Shown: in pieces, positions 26,329 through 38,103 of the stretch | Numbering within the stretch: position 1 is the stretch's first letter | Layout: each line of letters starts with the position of its first letter | Assembly (NCBI RefSeq): GCF_001194135.2 | Contig: NC_068992.1 | Coordinates: 14,111,079-14,163,025, forward strand | Reading direction: 5' to 3' | Origin: Octopus bimaculoides | Taxonomy: Eukaryota | DNA length: 51,947 bases | Notes under the pieces: generated by a model | Told to the model about the DNA's origin: nothing | Seen by the model: the letters and a program-made list of their open reading frames with translations, nothing else | The model's database searches: none | Position numbers and translations under genes: made by a program

Positions 26329-26647
26329 ATTAATATTGCTATTGTTACTGTAACTGCTTCAGTTGTTGTATCTATTATGTATTTATGCGCTTCAGGATAT
26401 GCTTCAAATTCATTATGCAACCATAATATGAATGAGTGCTCCGCAGTTATTTGCAGCTTAATTGGATTGAACACACCAAAGCCTGATAGACTTTTCCATC
26501 ACCACTTCACTTTTGCCTAGATTGAAGGTACCCCTATTCGGAACTGTTTTGCAGAAAGTCTACTTGTTTATGTAAGATCTATACGGTAAAAAATTGAAGT
26601 TATGTCCTGATCACCAGTTAATTACATATCAGTTAGAGATATGCAGT

Positions 26648-26862
26648 TAGGAGAGATGGCTGAATCGTTAACACGCCAGGCAAAATGCTTAGCAGCATTT
26701 CGTTCATCTTTACATTCTGAGTTCAAATTCCCTCAAAGTCAACTTTGCCTTTCCTCTTTTGGGATCGATAAAATAAGTACCAGACATGTACTGGAATCGA
26801 TATAATCGACTTATCCCAACCCTTGAAATTTCAGCCCTTTTGCCAAGACTTCAAACGAATTA
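26648..26862 (+). mobile_element. SINE family B
   Basis: ATGGCTGAATCGTTAAC, GAGTTCAAATTCC, GTCAACTTTGCCTTTCC, GATCGATAAAATAAGTACCAG. Confidence 0.85.
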
Positions 26863-27158
26863 TATAGAGAGACTAGTATTTACAACGATGAACCGCACCT
26901 CAAAGCTACTAAAATTAACAGCTTAATATTTCTCAAAATTCAGATTGCTGTTTTAACAATTGAATGAGGCAATTTACATTAAATACACATTAAACAGCTT
27001 CTTAACGAGGAGTGCCGTGGTTGATACGCTGAGCAATTACGAATAAGGAGGCTCCAAGCAAACAGTTTTTACTTTATTTGGTAAAACTGTTGTCGCCTCA
27101 GAACTGGAAAAATTGGAATAATTTGATTTGTTTTGGATACTTTTAACTTAAACATTAA

Positions 27159-27420
27159 CTGGTATTCCACCGGCCAAAGATGACGAGGGTTTTTCAGTTG
27201 ATCCGATCAACGGAAGAGCTTCCAAATGGAATTAAGGTGGAAGTCGTTGAACACTGCATAAACAAGCTTACACTTAAAGTAGTTCTTAGGGAAGGAGATT
27301 CAGCTTGGCTCAGAATGTGACAAGATGGACCCTTTGAAATACAGGTACTGTTCGTTTTTGCCAGCTACGTGAAATAAAACAACGTGCAGTAAAATTTCTT
27401 GCTCAAGGATAGAACGACTA
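27159..27420 (-). mobile_element. SINE family D (different 5' body, 3' module shared with family C), diverged
   Basis: The reverse complement reads CCTTGAGCAAGAAATTTTACTGCACGTTG...GCTGGCAAAAAC...GTACCTGTATTTCAAAGGG...CCGTTGATCGGATCAACTG. Confidence 0.75.
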
Positions 27421-27800
27421 CCCTAACCAATAAGCCACGCGCCTCCACTTAAGCATCAAACGGTATGCATATAACTAGGTGTTTTATGAAAGAGGGGAGA
27501 AGGGATACGACAGTGAGGGGGGGGGGAGATACAAACTAGCGGAAGAGGAAGAGGGGAGAGGAAGGAATGAAACTAGTGAAATCAAAATTAGATAATTACA
27601 TCGCTTGTGATTTCATCGTACTGTAATTGCATTTGGAATCGATTAATTAACATGATAAATACATCTTCAGCGTCATACTCTTTATGCGTAGAGCAAATAT
27701 ATCACTAAATAGTTGAAGTTGATTTTGTGGAGGAATGACATGTCATTTTATTAACAATTGAAAGGAGAAGATTCAGAGACAAAATGTTATTAATATCAAA

Positions 27801-27840
<40 letters not shown>

Positions 27841-27941
27841 CGTGCATGTATGTATGTATGTATGTATGTATGTATGCATGTATGTATGTGTGTATGTATG
27901 TATGTATGCGTATGTATGTATGTGTGTGTATGTATGTATGT

Positions 27942-27981
<40 letters not shown>

Positions 27982-29154
27982 ATGTGAAGATGAAAAACAA
28001 GGAAATTTTGATTTTGATTATGAAAATAGAATCACAAAAATGCAGCAAAGAGCTAACAATATTTAAAATTGAGGAAAGAAAAAAAAAACCATTCTAGAAA
28101 TTATGAGAAGCGCCTCTTAAATTATCTAGTTTCCACAATTTTTATATCCATTGCCAATGCATTGAATTCTAGGTGCACTGTCTTTGTGCATCTCTTTTAC
28201 AATGTGGAATTTCTGCACCAGCCTTATATTTTGTTTTTATTTTGTTTTTATTTTGTTTTTATTTTAACTTTGTTTTCTTCCTTCTGATTATAACTTTCAT
28301 TGTTCCATTTTCGAGATTTCTAAGGCTTTTCAAATGATAAAATGTATGTTTTCGTCTTTAAATAATGAGTAATGCTATACTTACTCTGCGGACTAAAAAC
28401 AGGACGATGATTTTGCCAATCAAATGTTCGGCATGGTGTTCAATTTATCGTCCAGATGCTGACTCGTCTTGAATTTACCTTGAAATCAGATAACCAACCG
28501 ATAAAATTGCCACCCATATATTTGCTGCGATATAAATTACCCGCGGAAAATTAATGCAGGTGAAATTTTTGCAGGTCAAGTGATAGTATATTGTACTGTC
28601 TTTCTATTCCGCACCATCTCCAGATTTAGACATGATGCACTGAGCTATATAAAGCCTCAAAGTTCCGTATAAATTTCTTTTTCACCGAAGCTCTCTTAAG
28701 AACTTGAAATAGGTATGGTTTTGAATTATTCCGCGATGCTTGGGATTTCTGAGGCCTTAGGTTGTTGCTTATTCTTTAACTAATACCTTCATCCAAAACT
28801 GTCTCTCACAACCACTTTTTTTCAATTTTTTGTTTTTCTATCATTTTTGATTTATACACTAACTCTTCTGACATTCTAGATTTATAAATACATAACCGAG
28901 ATGCAAAATTCGATTTTATATGTTTTAGAGAAGAGGGGAATATATTTACTTGAATTTTTAATAAGTTACTTTCCCGTTGAGGTAGACTTTCAATTATTAC
29001 TTTACAAAGAGAACAGTGCTTGATATTGTGATTAACCTAAAGGAGCGATACCGTTTTCCTCTGTAAAAAATTGTCGTCTGCTTAGAATTGGAAGGGCGAC
29101 AATATTTCGGCGGGAGGTAAGTTATTTTTACATAATTTAATATTAAATGAGATG

Positions 29155-29374
29155 AAGGCGTCGAGCTGGCAGAATCGTTAGCACGCCAGACGAAATGTTT
29201 AGCGGCATTTCGTCTGTCCTTACGTTCTGAAATCAAATGCCGATGAAGTCGACTTTGCCTTTCACCATTTCAGGGACGATAAAATAAATATCATTTAAAC
29301 ACTGGGGTCTATGTAACCGACTTCACCCGTTCTTCGAAATTGCTGGCCCTGTGCCAAAATTTGAAACCAATATT
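29155..29374 (+). mobile_element. SINE family B
   Basis: AGGCGTCGAGCTGGCAGAATCGTTAGCACGCC...GTCGACTTTGCCTTTCACC...GCTGGCCCTGTGCCAAAATTTGAAACC. Confidence 0.88.
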
Positions 29375-29901
29375 AGATGTGGTATACACATGAGTGGGTG
29401 TCACTGTGAGAAAGAGGACCTGAAAAGAAATGATATATAGGAATAATACAGAAGAGGAGGAGGTTTGGTAGAGGAGAGTGTAATGCTTTGAGAGCGTGAC
29501 ATAAAGAAATAGAGTGAATCAGAAACGGGGAGAGAGCGGGGTTGAGAAATGAGTAAAGAAATGAAAGGAAATGAATACCAAAGTAGAGTATAGGAAGAAA
29601 TGAGAGTGAAAGCTTGAAGGGAAATGAAAGACCCTATAGAAACAACAACAAAAACAGGAGAAAGAAATAGAGCATGGTTTCACATTTTGTTGTGTCACTT
29701 CGGTAGATCGATCAAAGTCTTTTAGCAATAAAATGATACTGAAAAATGTTTATTTATAATTTTGCTAGAATTGTGTGCTTTATATATATTTTTAATACAA
29801 TGTTTACAGTTTTATATTATGTGAAAACATTTATGTTTGTGTGTGCATTTGTTTTTGTGTATGTATTAACATTGATATACATATACATATATACATATAC
29901 A

Positions 29902-29938
<37 letters not shown>

Positions 29939-30077
29939 NNNNNNNNNNNNNNNNNNNNNNNNNNNNNNNNNNNNNNNNNNNNNNNNNNNNNNNNNNNNNN
30001 NNNNNNNNNNNNNNNNNNNNNNNNNNNNNNNNNNNNNNNNNNNNNNNNNNNNNNNNNNNNNNNNNNNNNNNNNNNNN

Positions 30078-31349
30078 GGTAAAAAGTAAGCACCGCAACG
30101 TTTTGAAACGTGAAATTCTTCTCAATATATTTCAACAATGCGGAAATTTTATTCATCAAAGTATGTACCATTACAATCAACACACTTTTGCCAACGAGTT
30201 ACAAGTTAGTTTATTCCGGTAACATAAAAATCTGGAGTTCCGGAGCTGATGAACTCTTCCAACGCACTTTCATCATCGGTTGGCTTTTTTAACTCCTTCA
30301 CTCGCAGGAAACCATCAAGATGCTTGAAAAAGTGGTAGTCGGCTGGAGAAAGGTCTGAGTAATAAGCTGAGTGAGGAAGAACTTCGTAGCCAAGTTCCCT
30401 CAAATTGTGGAGCGTCGTTAGGGAAACGTGTAGTCGAGCATTGTCCTGAAGAATGATTGGCTTTCTTCTGTTGGCGGACGGAGGAGTAGCAGTTTTTCGT
30501 TTGTTTTGGCAATTTCATGGCAATATGTTTCTGCAGTAATGGTTTTTCCGTGTTTTAAGACGTTATAGTGTATGAGACCAGCAGTACACCAACAAACAGT
30601 CACCATAATCTTTTTTTTGAAGACTTTGGTTTTAGGAAAGGCTTTCAGCACTTCATTTTGGTCCAACCACTGCGAAGACGTTTTTCTTTTATTATTGTAC
30701 AGAATCCACTTTTCATCGCACGTTACAATACCGTCGAGAATCAGTCTGGTTACAGAGAAGCGACGAGAAGATTTTATATCTGCGCATTTTCTGATTTTCA
30801 TTCATTTCGTATGGTCGAGCATTTTTGATTTTGCGATCGCATGCAAATGTTTGCAGGCAGTTTTCTAGATAACTTTTACCATTTTACCATAGTTCTTTTA
30901 CCATTTCTCGAGTGGTTTTACGTGGATCTTTCTCAATGACAGTCTTTAATTGGTCGTCATCGATGACAGATGGGCGTCGACTACGCTTACAATCTTCAAG
31001 ACTCAGGCCTTCGCTGCGAAATCGTTTCAACCATTTTCGTACTGACCACTCACTGGTCCTTTCCTCGCCAAACGTTTCGTTGATATTGCGGGCAGTTTCA
31101 GCTGTTTTACGTCATTTTTTGAAGTTGAATAGCAAAATTGCTTGAATATCACGCTTTAACAGTTTCATTTCAGATGACTGTAACAACAGGGAAAAAAAAT
31201 TAATGTTAATTCATTGATGGATTTGGGCAAGTCTATGTCCATATTATCAGACAATTGCAAAAAGATATTTCTAAAAAAATTCAAAACACTGCAAAATCCC
31301 GTACAAATTCTTTATGGTTCAAAACGTCGCATACTTTTTACTCAACCAT
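30078..31349 (-). mobile_element. Mariner DNA transposon, Hsmar1/cecropia-like, near full length, decayed
   Basis: Right TIR 31318-31347 (reverse complement GGTTGAGTAAAAAGTATGCGACGTTTTGAA) matches the left end 30078-30107 (GGTAAAAAGTAAGCACCGCAACGTTTTGAA, outer tip lost in the gap). About 1.27 kb long, abuts (TA)n on the right and a (TA)n-flanked gap on the left, and contains a broken transposase. Confidence 0.93.
30159..31168 (-). pseudogene. Mariner DD34D transposase pseudogene
   Basis: Manual translation across frames: MKLLKRDIQAILLFNFKK*RKTAETARNINETFG...SRRPSVIDDDQLKTVIEKDPRKTTRE (HTH region); LDGIVTCDEKWILYNN; KKIMVTVCWCTAGLIHY; QDNARLH...ELGYEVLPHSAYYSDLSPADYHFFKHL (34 residues between the catalytic aspartates); KLVTRWQKCVDCNGTYFDE*. 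Has in-frame stops, frameshifts and a damaged WVPHEL motif. Confidence 0.93.
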
Positions 31350-31581
31350 ATATATATATATATATATATATATACAAAGAGAGAGAGTTTTATACATAAA
31401 TACTCACACACATGCATACATACACACAAACACACACAAACACACACACACACGCATATATATATATATATACACACACACACATACACACATATATATA
31501 TATAACACCTACCTTACGACATACACATACACACACGTATACACACATACACGCACACATGTATGTATTGATGTATGTATG

Positions 31582-31811
31582 CCATTATTCAGTTTTATTT
31601 CAAGATTTCTTGCCAATAAAGAAAGAGCCGGTCTTTAACCTAGATCGAAGACTCCGTCATTAGAATTTCAACAAAATCAACAGGGTATTTTCGTATGTAT
31701 GTTATCAATCAGTTTCATTTCTGTATTTCTTGTCCATAGAGAAAGAGCCGGACTCTAACATAGATTCAAGGCTCCTTCATTGGAACTTTTATCAGCATCA
31801 TCTAGGTATTT
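31582..31811 (-). repeat. Diverged 120-bp dimer, each unit ending in (CATA)n on the minus strand
   Basis: GAAAGAGCCGG occurs at 31621 and 31741 (period 120), and the units align along their length. Each is preceded on the plus strand by GTAT repeats. Confidence 0.75.
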
Positions 31812-33149
31812 GTGCATATGTGTGTGTGTGCAGTATTTGGTGTTAGTGTATGCGCAGATTTGTATGTTTGTTTTATGGATGCGTTTTTATGTCTAGATGC
31901 ATGCATATGTATTTATGTGCTAAATTTTTGGAAAGTTTTACATATCTTTACAGTTCCATTGATGGCTTGAATCTGTNNNNNNNNNNNNNNNNNNNNNNNN
32001 NNNNNNNNNNNNNNNNNNNNNNNNNNNNNNNNNNNNNNNNNNNNNNNNNNNNNNNNNNNNNNNNNNNNNNNNNNNNNNNNNNNNNNNNNNNNNNNNNNNN
32101 NNNNNNNNNNNNNNNNNNNNNNNNNNNNNNNNNNNNNNNNNNNNNNNNNNNNNNNNNNNNNNNNNNNNNNNNNNNNNNNNNNNNNNNNNNNNNNNNNNNN
32201 NNNNNNNNNNNNNNNNNNNNNNNNNNNNNNNNNNNNNNNNNNNNNNNNNNNNNNNNNNNNNNNNNNNNNNNNNNNGTAGCTCGGCGTAGTTGTTCTCTTT
32301 TTCTCTAATCTTTAGTGGGATGTTGACATCCGCAGGACAGCATGTATGTATGTATGTATGTATGTATGTATGTATGTATGTATGTATGTATACGTGCAGA
32401 TTTGTATGTTTTGTTTTATGCCTGTCTTCTCATACATATACTTGAATATCTAGACATGCTCATATATACTTAAACGATAAACTTTATGTATGTGTGTGTA
32501 TGTATGTATGTATGTATGTATGTATGTATGCATGTATGTATGTATGTATGTATGTATGCATGCATGTATGTATGTATGTATGTATGTATGTACGTACGTA
32601 CGTATTTATGTATATCGTTATGATTTACCATGAAAACTTCGTGAACTGAAATCCAATATACAACATTAGATAGTCGTATGTTAAGTAACATTAGTAAGAA
32701 ATTAAATGGCTTCAAAATTAAGCAAATTTTCAACAATAAATACAAATCAGCGTTAGGCTACAACACGTGAACAATCAACAGATAATTAATATAATATACA
32801 AATTTCGTTTCAAAAACGTAAGTTGTCATCTTAATATGATTACACACCAAATTGTACAGAAAATAATTCTCCGGCTAACTGGATGTTCATACACCGACAG
32901 TAATAGCAAGCTATTAATGTGTGTAACATCAGGCATTATTACAACTAAATCTGTCCAGAAAACGCCTACAGAGCAGTGCAATTAGCTTCTATAGAATACC
33001 CCCAATAAAGAATATAACAATCCTGAAAATCTCACTCCGAAACGCCAGCTTTAATTCGAAATGTAACTAACCCATCATTTGAAAGAACGCCAACATTCAG
33101 AAAATAGTACCAGATCTAATCAGCCATTGAGAAACGAAAACCGCAAAAT

Positions 33150-33390
33150 AGCACAACAAACCTATACTTCTTTACAGTTCAAGGATTTCGGTGCGGACGT
33201 TGTAATCGATTAAATCAAGTCTGTGACATAACTGGTTACTTATTTTATTGACAGCAGAATGATGAAAGGCAAAAATCGATCTCAATTATTGTATTTGAGC
33301 TCAGACCTTAAGGAGACGTAACTAAATACCACAATATATTTTGATCGACGCTCTAACGACTCTAACACTAACTCTCTTCAAATCACGCCC
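33150..33390 (-). mobile_element. SINE family B, old diverged copy
   Basis: GATGAAAGGCAAAAATCGA, ATTTGAGCTCAGA and GACGCTCTAACGACTCT match the family B reverse-complement pattern. Confidence 0.65.
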
Positions 33391-33603
33391 TGGTCGATAT
33401 TTTTTCTTTTTCTCCTCTTTCAATCAATAAAGTAAATACTGGTCAAATGGTGCGGTCGATTTGATCAACTGGTCTCGTTTTGTCAAATGTGTAATCGTGT
33501 CTAGATGCTGGAAATCAAAACAAAAATCATTTTATTCGAGAAAATTAGCTGTTTTGGAGAACAGTAGTCGTAGAGACATAAAAAGATAGCATAACAGATT
33601 AAT

Positions 33604-33680
<77 letters not shown>

Positions 33681-33704
33681 TTATATATATATATTATATA
33701 TTGT

Positions 33705-33890
33705 TTTCTGCTCAAGGCACAAAGCCCGAAACTTTTGGAGAGGGCATCAGTCGATTAGATCGACCTCAGTACGCGACTGGTACTTAATGTATCGATCCCG
33801 AGAAGGTGAAAGGCAAAGTCGACCTCGGCGGAATTTGAACATAGACCGTAAAGACAGGCGAAATACTGCTAAGCATTTCTCCCAGCGTGC
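33705..33890 (-). mobile_element. SINE family B
   Basis: GGCACAAAGCCCGAAAC...AGTCGATTAGATCGACC...GGTACTTAAT...GAAAGGCAAAGTCGACCTCGGCGGAATTTGAAC. Confidence 0.88.
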
Positions 33891-34914
33891 CACATTGTAT
33901 TATTTTTTTCCTTTCTTCTGAGCAGAATCGGTTACAAAACTCCCAATGTTTCGCTGTCGTCTGATGTTTCACGCATGCGTAGAATTGTAATGAAATAGCA
34001 GACGTAAAAAAATATCATCGCACTACCAGAAAACCCAATATGCAAGCAACAATAGGTAAACGACATTACTTCTGAAGAAACTTCTCCGCTTTCCCAAAAG
34101 CTAAAAGTGAAACATTGGGACTTTGTAGCTTTTTGAAAGTGGTGAGATGATGGGTGGATGTTGGGGAAGGAGATTTTAGTGTTTCTTTAAGAGAAAACAA
34201 AGAAAATTCTTAAAGATTCGTGCTCTTTGTTGTTTTCTCCGTGGATTACATAAAAAAGAAATTTCAGCCTTGATAATGAAGCCGTGAAGAAGCCATGTGC
34301 GCATATTTGTAGGCCCCATACGCTGGAGAAACATGCATGAAAATGTACACATAAATATTGTATTGAAATAAGTTATCTTTGTAGACCATGATTGTAATTA
34401 TCTAAATAACTGATAGAAAATGTGTAAAAAAATTAAATTAAATTCAGGTTTAGTCATATATCGATGGAGTTAGTGAAGTTATAACATTTTGACAACATAG
34501 TGTCACCATACATTATAATGAGAATTTGAAAAAGAGAGATAATGCCACTCTGTCAGCGGAAGCAATGAAGTGGTGCGTGAGACGCAGCCTGCCAAATTAA
34601 GTTTAAAAAAACTTATTTAGATTTATTTACCATCCAAAAGTGGCATACCTTCAGAAGTAGCCCCTAGCTGATTGTATTTCTTCATAGCATATAAAGAAAC
34701 GGACGTCTTTAAATGAACTTTTTGGGGTTGTGGCTTATTTTAATACAATATTTATGTGTACATTTTTATAACTTTTTGTCTGGCGCGATCACCCCTACAT
34801 AGCTGTTGGAGGCTTAACAATCATGGGGGAAATCCAAATTTGGAAGTATTGTTCAAGCTTGTCTTCTCCATGTGCAGGTCCTCTTGTTATTGTGATTGTT
34901 AATGTTCGATTATA

Positions 34915-34988
<74 letters not shown>

Positions 34989-35111
34989 CATGTATATATA
35001 NNNNNNNNNNNNNNNNNNNNNNNNNNNNNNNNNNNNNNNNNNNNNNNNNNNNNNNNNNNNNNNNNNNNNNNNNNNNNNNNNNNNNNNNNNNNNNNNNNNN
35101 NNNNNNNNNNN

Positions 35112-35172
<61 letters not shown>

Positions 35173-35254
35173 GGGAGAGAGAGAGAAAGGGAGGGACAGA
35201 CAGACAGTCTACATCTCAATGGGATTGTTGTTGAACCTCTGTCACTCAGATTGT

Positions 35255-35410
35255 GAATTCTATTCTCAGCCTAGCCAAACCGACTTCACATTTCATCCTT
35301 CAGGTCTCAAGAAATTGTTACCAGTCATTCGCTGGGGTTCGATCATACAGATTAATATACTGCATCACCACATTGTTGTGACCTTATGGCATTTTGAGAA
35401 AACATTACCG
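35255..35410 (+). mobile_element. SINE family B, diverged partial copy
   Basis: CCGACTTCACATTTCATCCTTCAGG...TTACCAGTCATTCGCTGGGGTTCGAT. Confidence 0.55.
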
Positions 35411-36062
35411 CTTAAACAGACAATAGGTAATTGCCTGTCTAGTAAATATAATTCATATAATAAGGTAGTGGGCGACCAAATTATCGAAGCTAATATAGAC
35501 ATTAAACTATTTATTATAGTAAACAAAGGAACAAACAGACATTATTAAAACATACAAATGAAAACAATACTAAATGAATTTATGAGATGACGGAGATAAT
35601 TGACACCAATCACTTGTAGTAACTTCGTCTTTTGGCGTCATCAGTAAAAAGACCTAAATAAGTATGTCACGTAACTTTTGAGCTGGTGTCATCTATGGAT
35701 TCTAATTCTACCTTGATAGCGCTAATAATAACCTTTAAATTTAGGGACAAGGTCGGAAATCTTCGAAGGAAAGAAGGAGACAAATATTACAGATTGTAAG
35801 TTTGGTTGAATTTTGTATGTTATGCAAGATTTTTGACATGAACATATTTCTGGCGTAAGACCCTGCCTAGATACAAGTTTTGCTTGAATTTCTTCGTGAA
35901 AGGTTATGTTAATTGTTAAAAAATAAATTTTAGTCGTGTTTATGAGAATTCATATATTTTTATTGTGAGTATTTCAACGAAGGCTTCATGTGCTCTCAAC
36001 TTGATGCTTTCTAGAAAAGTTTAGTAGCAGTATATATTCGTGATAATAGTTTAATATTGGTT

Positions 36063-36272
36063 TTAAATTTTGGCACAAAGTCAGTAATTTCGAGCAAGGA
36101 TCCATGTCGATTAAAACGATCCCAGTACTCAACTGGTACTTATTTTATCGGCGCCGAAAAGATGAAAGGCAAAAATCGTTCTCGGCGAAATTTGAACTCA
36201 GGACGTAAAGACGAACGAAATCCCGCTAAACGTTTTGCTCGGCGTGTTAACCATTCTGCCAACTCGCTGCTT
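36063..36272 (-). mobile_element. SINE family B
   Basis: GGCACAAAGTCAGTAATTTC...CTGGTACTTATTTTATCG...GATGAAAGGCAAA...AATTTGAACTCAG...CATTCTGCCAACTCGCTGC. Confidence 0.85.
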
Positions 36273-36917
36273 TGACTGGTGATATTGCTGAGAATCTTGC
36301 CGTTCTTAAAAGCCTGTGATTTTCATTTTAACTGGCGTTGTCGCAATGCTTGTATATCATTATCATTTTTGTCATATAATTAAACTAATAGATGTAATTA
36401 TAGAAGCAATTACTATTGCGATTATAGCCAGTTACCTCTCTAAGCATTGCAATGTTCTCTTTTGCTGTTGCGATATCTTTAGTGGACGTGGGTCTGTTGT
36501 TGTCAACGTTATCACAAACTGACATACAGGAAAGCCATGTCGCTACATATAGCTGTTGCCACTGTCACAATATTCGGCATCATGGAAATCAAACAGATTG
36601 GCAACGGCCTAAATGATTACGTGGTATTAACACGAACATGCATTAATATGGAAAGGTCGATTGCTTTGCAGATCCACATTAGCGAAATTGATTATTCAAC
36701 GTACTTTTTTTTTCTCGGACAGTAGGACGTGACTTGAACAGGATATGGTTATTTTCCAGCAGATCAAGTGACCATGTTGGATCGGTAGTTAGTATTATTA
36801 TTGTTGTTATTGTTGTAGTAGCTGCTGCAGCTATCATTGTTGTCCTTGTCGCTATATTTCTTGTTATGCATACACCGTCGTATTTGAAGGCCGTAGTTGG
36901 AGTACCACCACCACTAC

Positions 36918-36954
<37 letters not shown>

Positions 36955-37267
36955 TTATGTTTGACTTTTGTTTTGCATTTGTACAAGTTGGATCCAAGTC
37001 TCACCCAGAGACCTCAAGAGACAAAAAGTTAGAAGTTCATGTAGGTGTTATGCCTAGGGTACCATATATTTGGATTTGTACAGTTTTGTTCTAGTGAATA
37101 TTTAAGAAACCATAAGAAAATTATGTTTGCTTTAAAATTTGAGATCACATAGACAGTATTTTACGTAGGATATGGGCAGTTCCCATGAGCACTATCTTTT
37201 GAACTTCAGCCATTTTGGGGTTTCCTGGTATCTGAGCTAGGTAGTAATCAGCCCGTTTCGCTGTCAT
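36955..37267 (-). mobile_element. R4/Dong-clade non-LTR retrotransposon 3' end (ORF C-terminus plus 3' UTR, (TAA)n tail)
   Basis: Minus strand 37267-37145 reads ...AKRADYYLAQIPGNPKMAEVQKIVLMGTAHILRKILSM*, resembling the QKxxLLGTAxILRKVL terminus of R4/Dong restriction-like-endonuclease elements. About 190 nt of UTR follow, ending AAACATAAAA(TAA)n. The 5' part is lost in the gap. Confidence 0.75.
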
Positions 37268-37698
37268 NNNNNNNNNNNNNNNNNNNNNNNNNNNNNNNNN
37301 NNNNNNNNNNNNNNNNNNNNNNNNNNNNNNNNNNNNNNNNNNNNNNNNNNNNNNNNNNNNNNNNNNNNNNNNNNNNNNNNNNNNNNNNNNNNNNNNNNNN
37401 NNNNNNNNNNNNNNNNNNNNNNNNNNNNNNNNNNNNNNNNNNNNNNNNNNNNNNNNNNNNNNNNNNNNNNNNNNNNNNNNNNNNNNNNNNNNNNNNNNNN
37501 NNNNNNNNNNNNNNNNNNNNNNNNNNNNNNNNNNNNNNNNNNNNNNNNNNNNNNNNNNNNNNNNNNNNNNNNNNNNNNNNNNNNNNNNNNNNNNNNNNNN
37601 NNNNNNNNNNNNNNNNNNNNNNNNNNNNNNNNNNNNNNNNNNNNNNNNNNNNNNNNNNNNNNNNNNNNNNNNNNNNNNNNNNNNNNNNNNNNNNNNNN

Positions 37699-37734
<36 letters not shown>

Positions 37735-37838
37735 TTATGTTTGACTTTTGTTTTGCATTTGTACAAGTTGGATCCAAGTCTCACCCAGAGACCTCAAGAG
37801 ACAACAAGTTAGAAGTTCATGTTGGTGTTATGTCTAGG
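37735..37838 (-). mobile_element. Second, 5'-truncated copy of the same R4/Dong 3' UTR with (TAA)n tail
   Basis: About 104 nt nearly identical to 36955-37058 (3 substitutions seen), with its own (TAA)n at 37699-37734. The upstream flank is different (mariner fragment). Confidence 0.75.
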
Positions 37839-38103
37839 CTGTAAAACTCATTTGGTTTCAAAGCGAAGAACGCTGAAATGTCAGTTTCGACCTCCTCCTG
37901 GCTTGCAAAAGTTATGTCCACTAAATGATTCTGTTAACTACGAAACAAATGGTAGTCTGAAGCAGCAAGGTCGGGAGAATAAGGTGGATGAGGAATTTTT
38001 TCTCAACCAAGCTCTTTGATCTTCTGTGATGTGATCTTTGCAGTGTGGGTTCGCGCATTGTCCTGATGAAACATCACTCCATTTCGATTCACTAAAGCGT
38101 TTG
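37838..38103 (-). pseudogene. Second mariner transposase fragment (catalytic C-terminal part)
   Basis: ALVNRNGVMFHQDNARTHTAKITSQKIKELG*EKIPHPPYSPDLAASDYHLFRS*QNHL: D34D spacing and YSPDL motif, with internal stops. No TIRs visible. Confidence 0.9.

Noticed and set aside
32640-33150. Possible Penelope GIY-YIG remnant
   Set aside because: Too many stops, and no diagnostic motif could be recovered.
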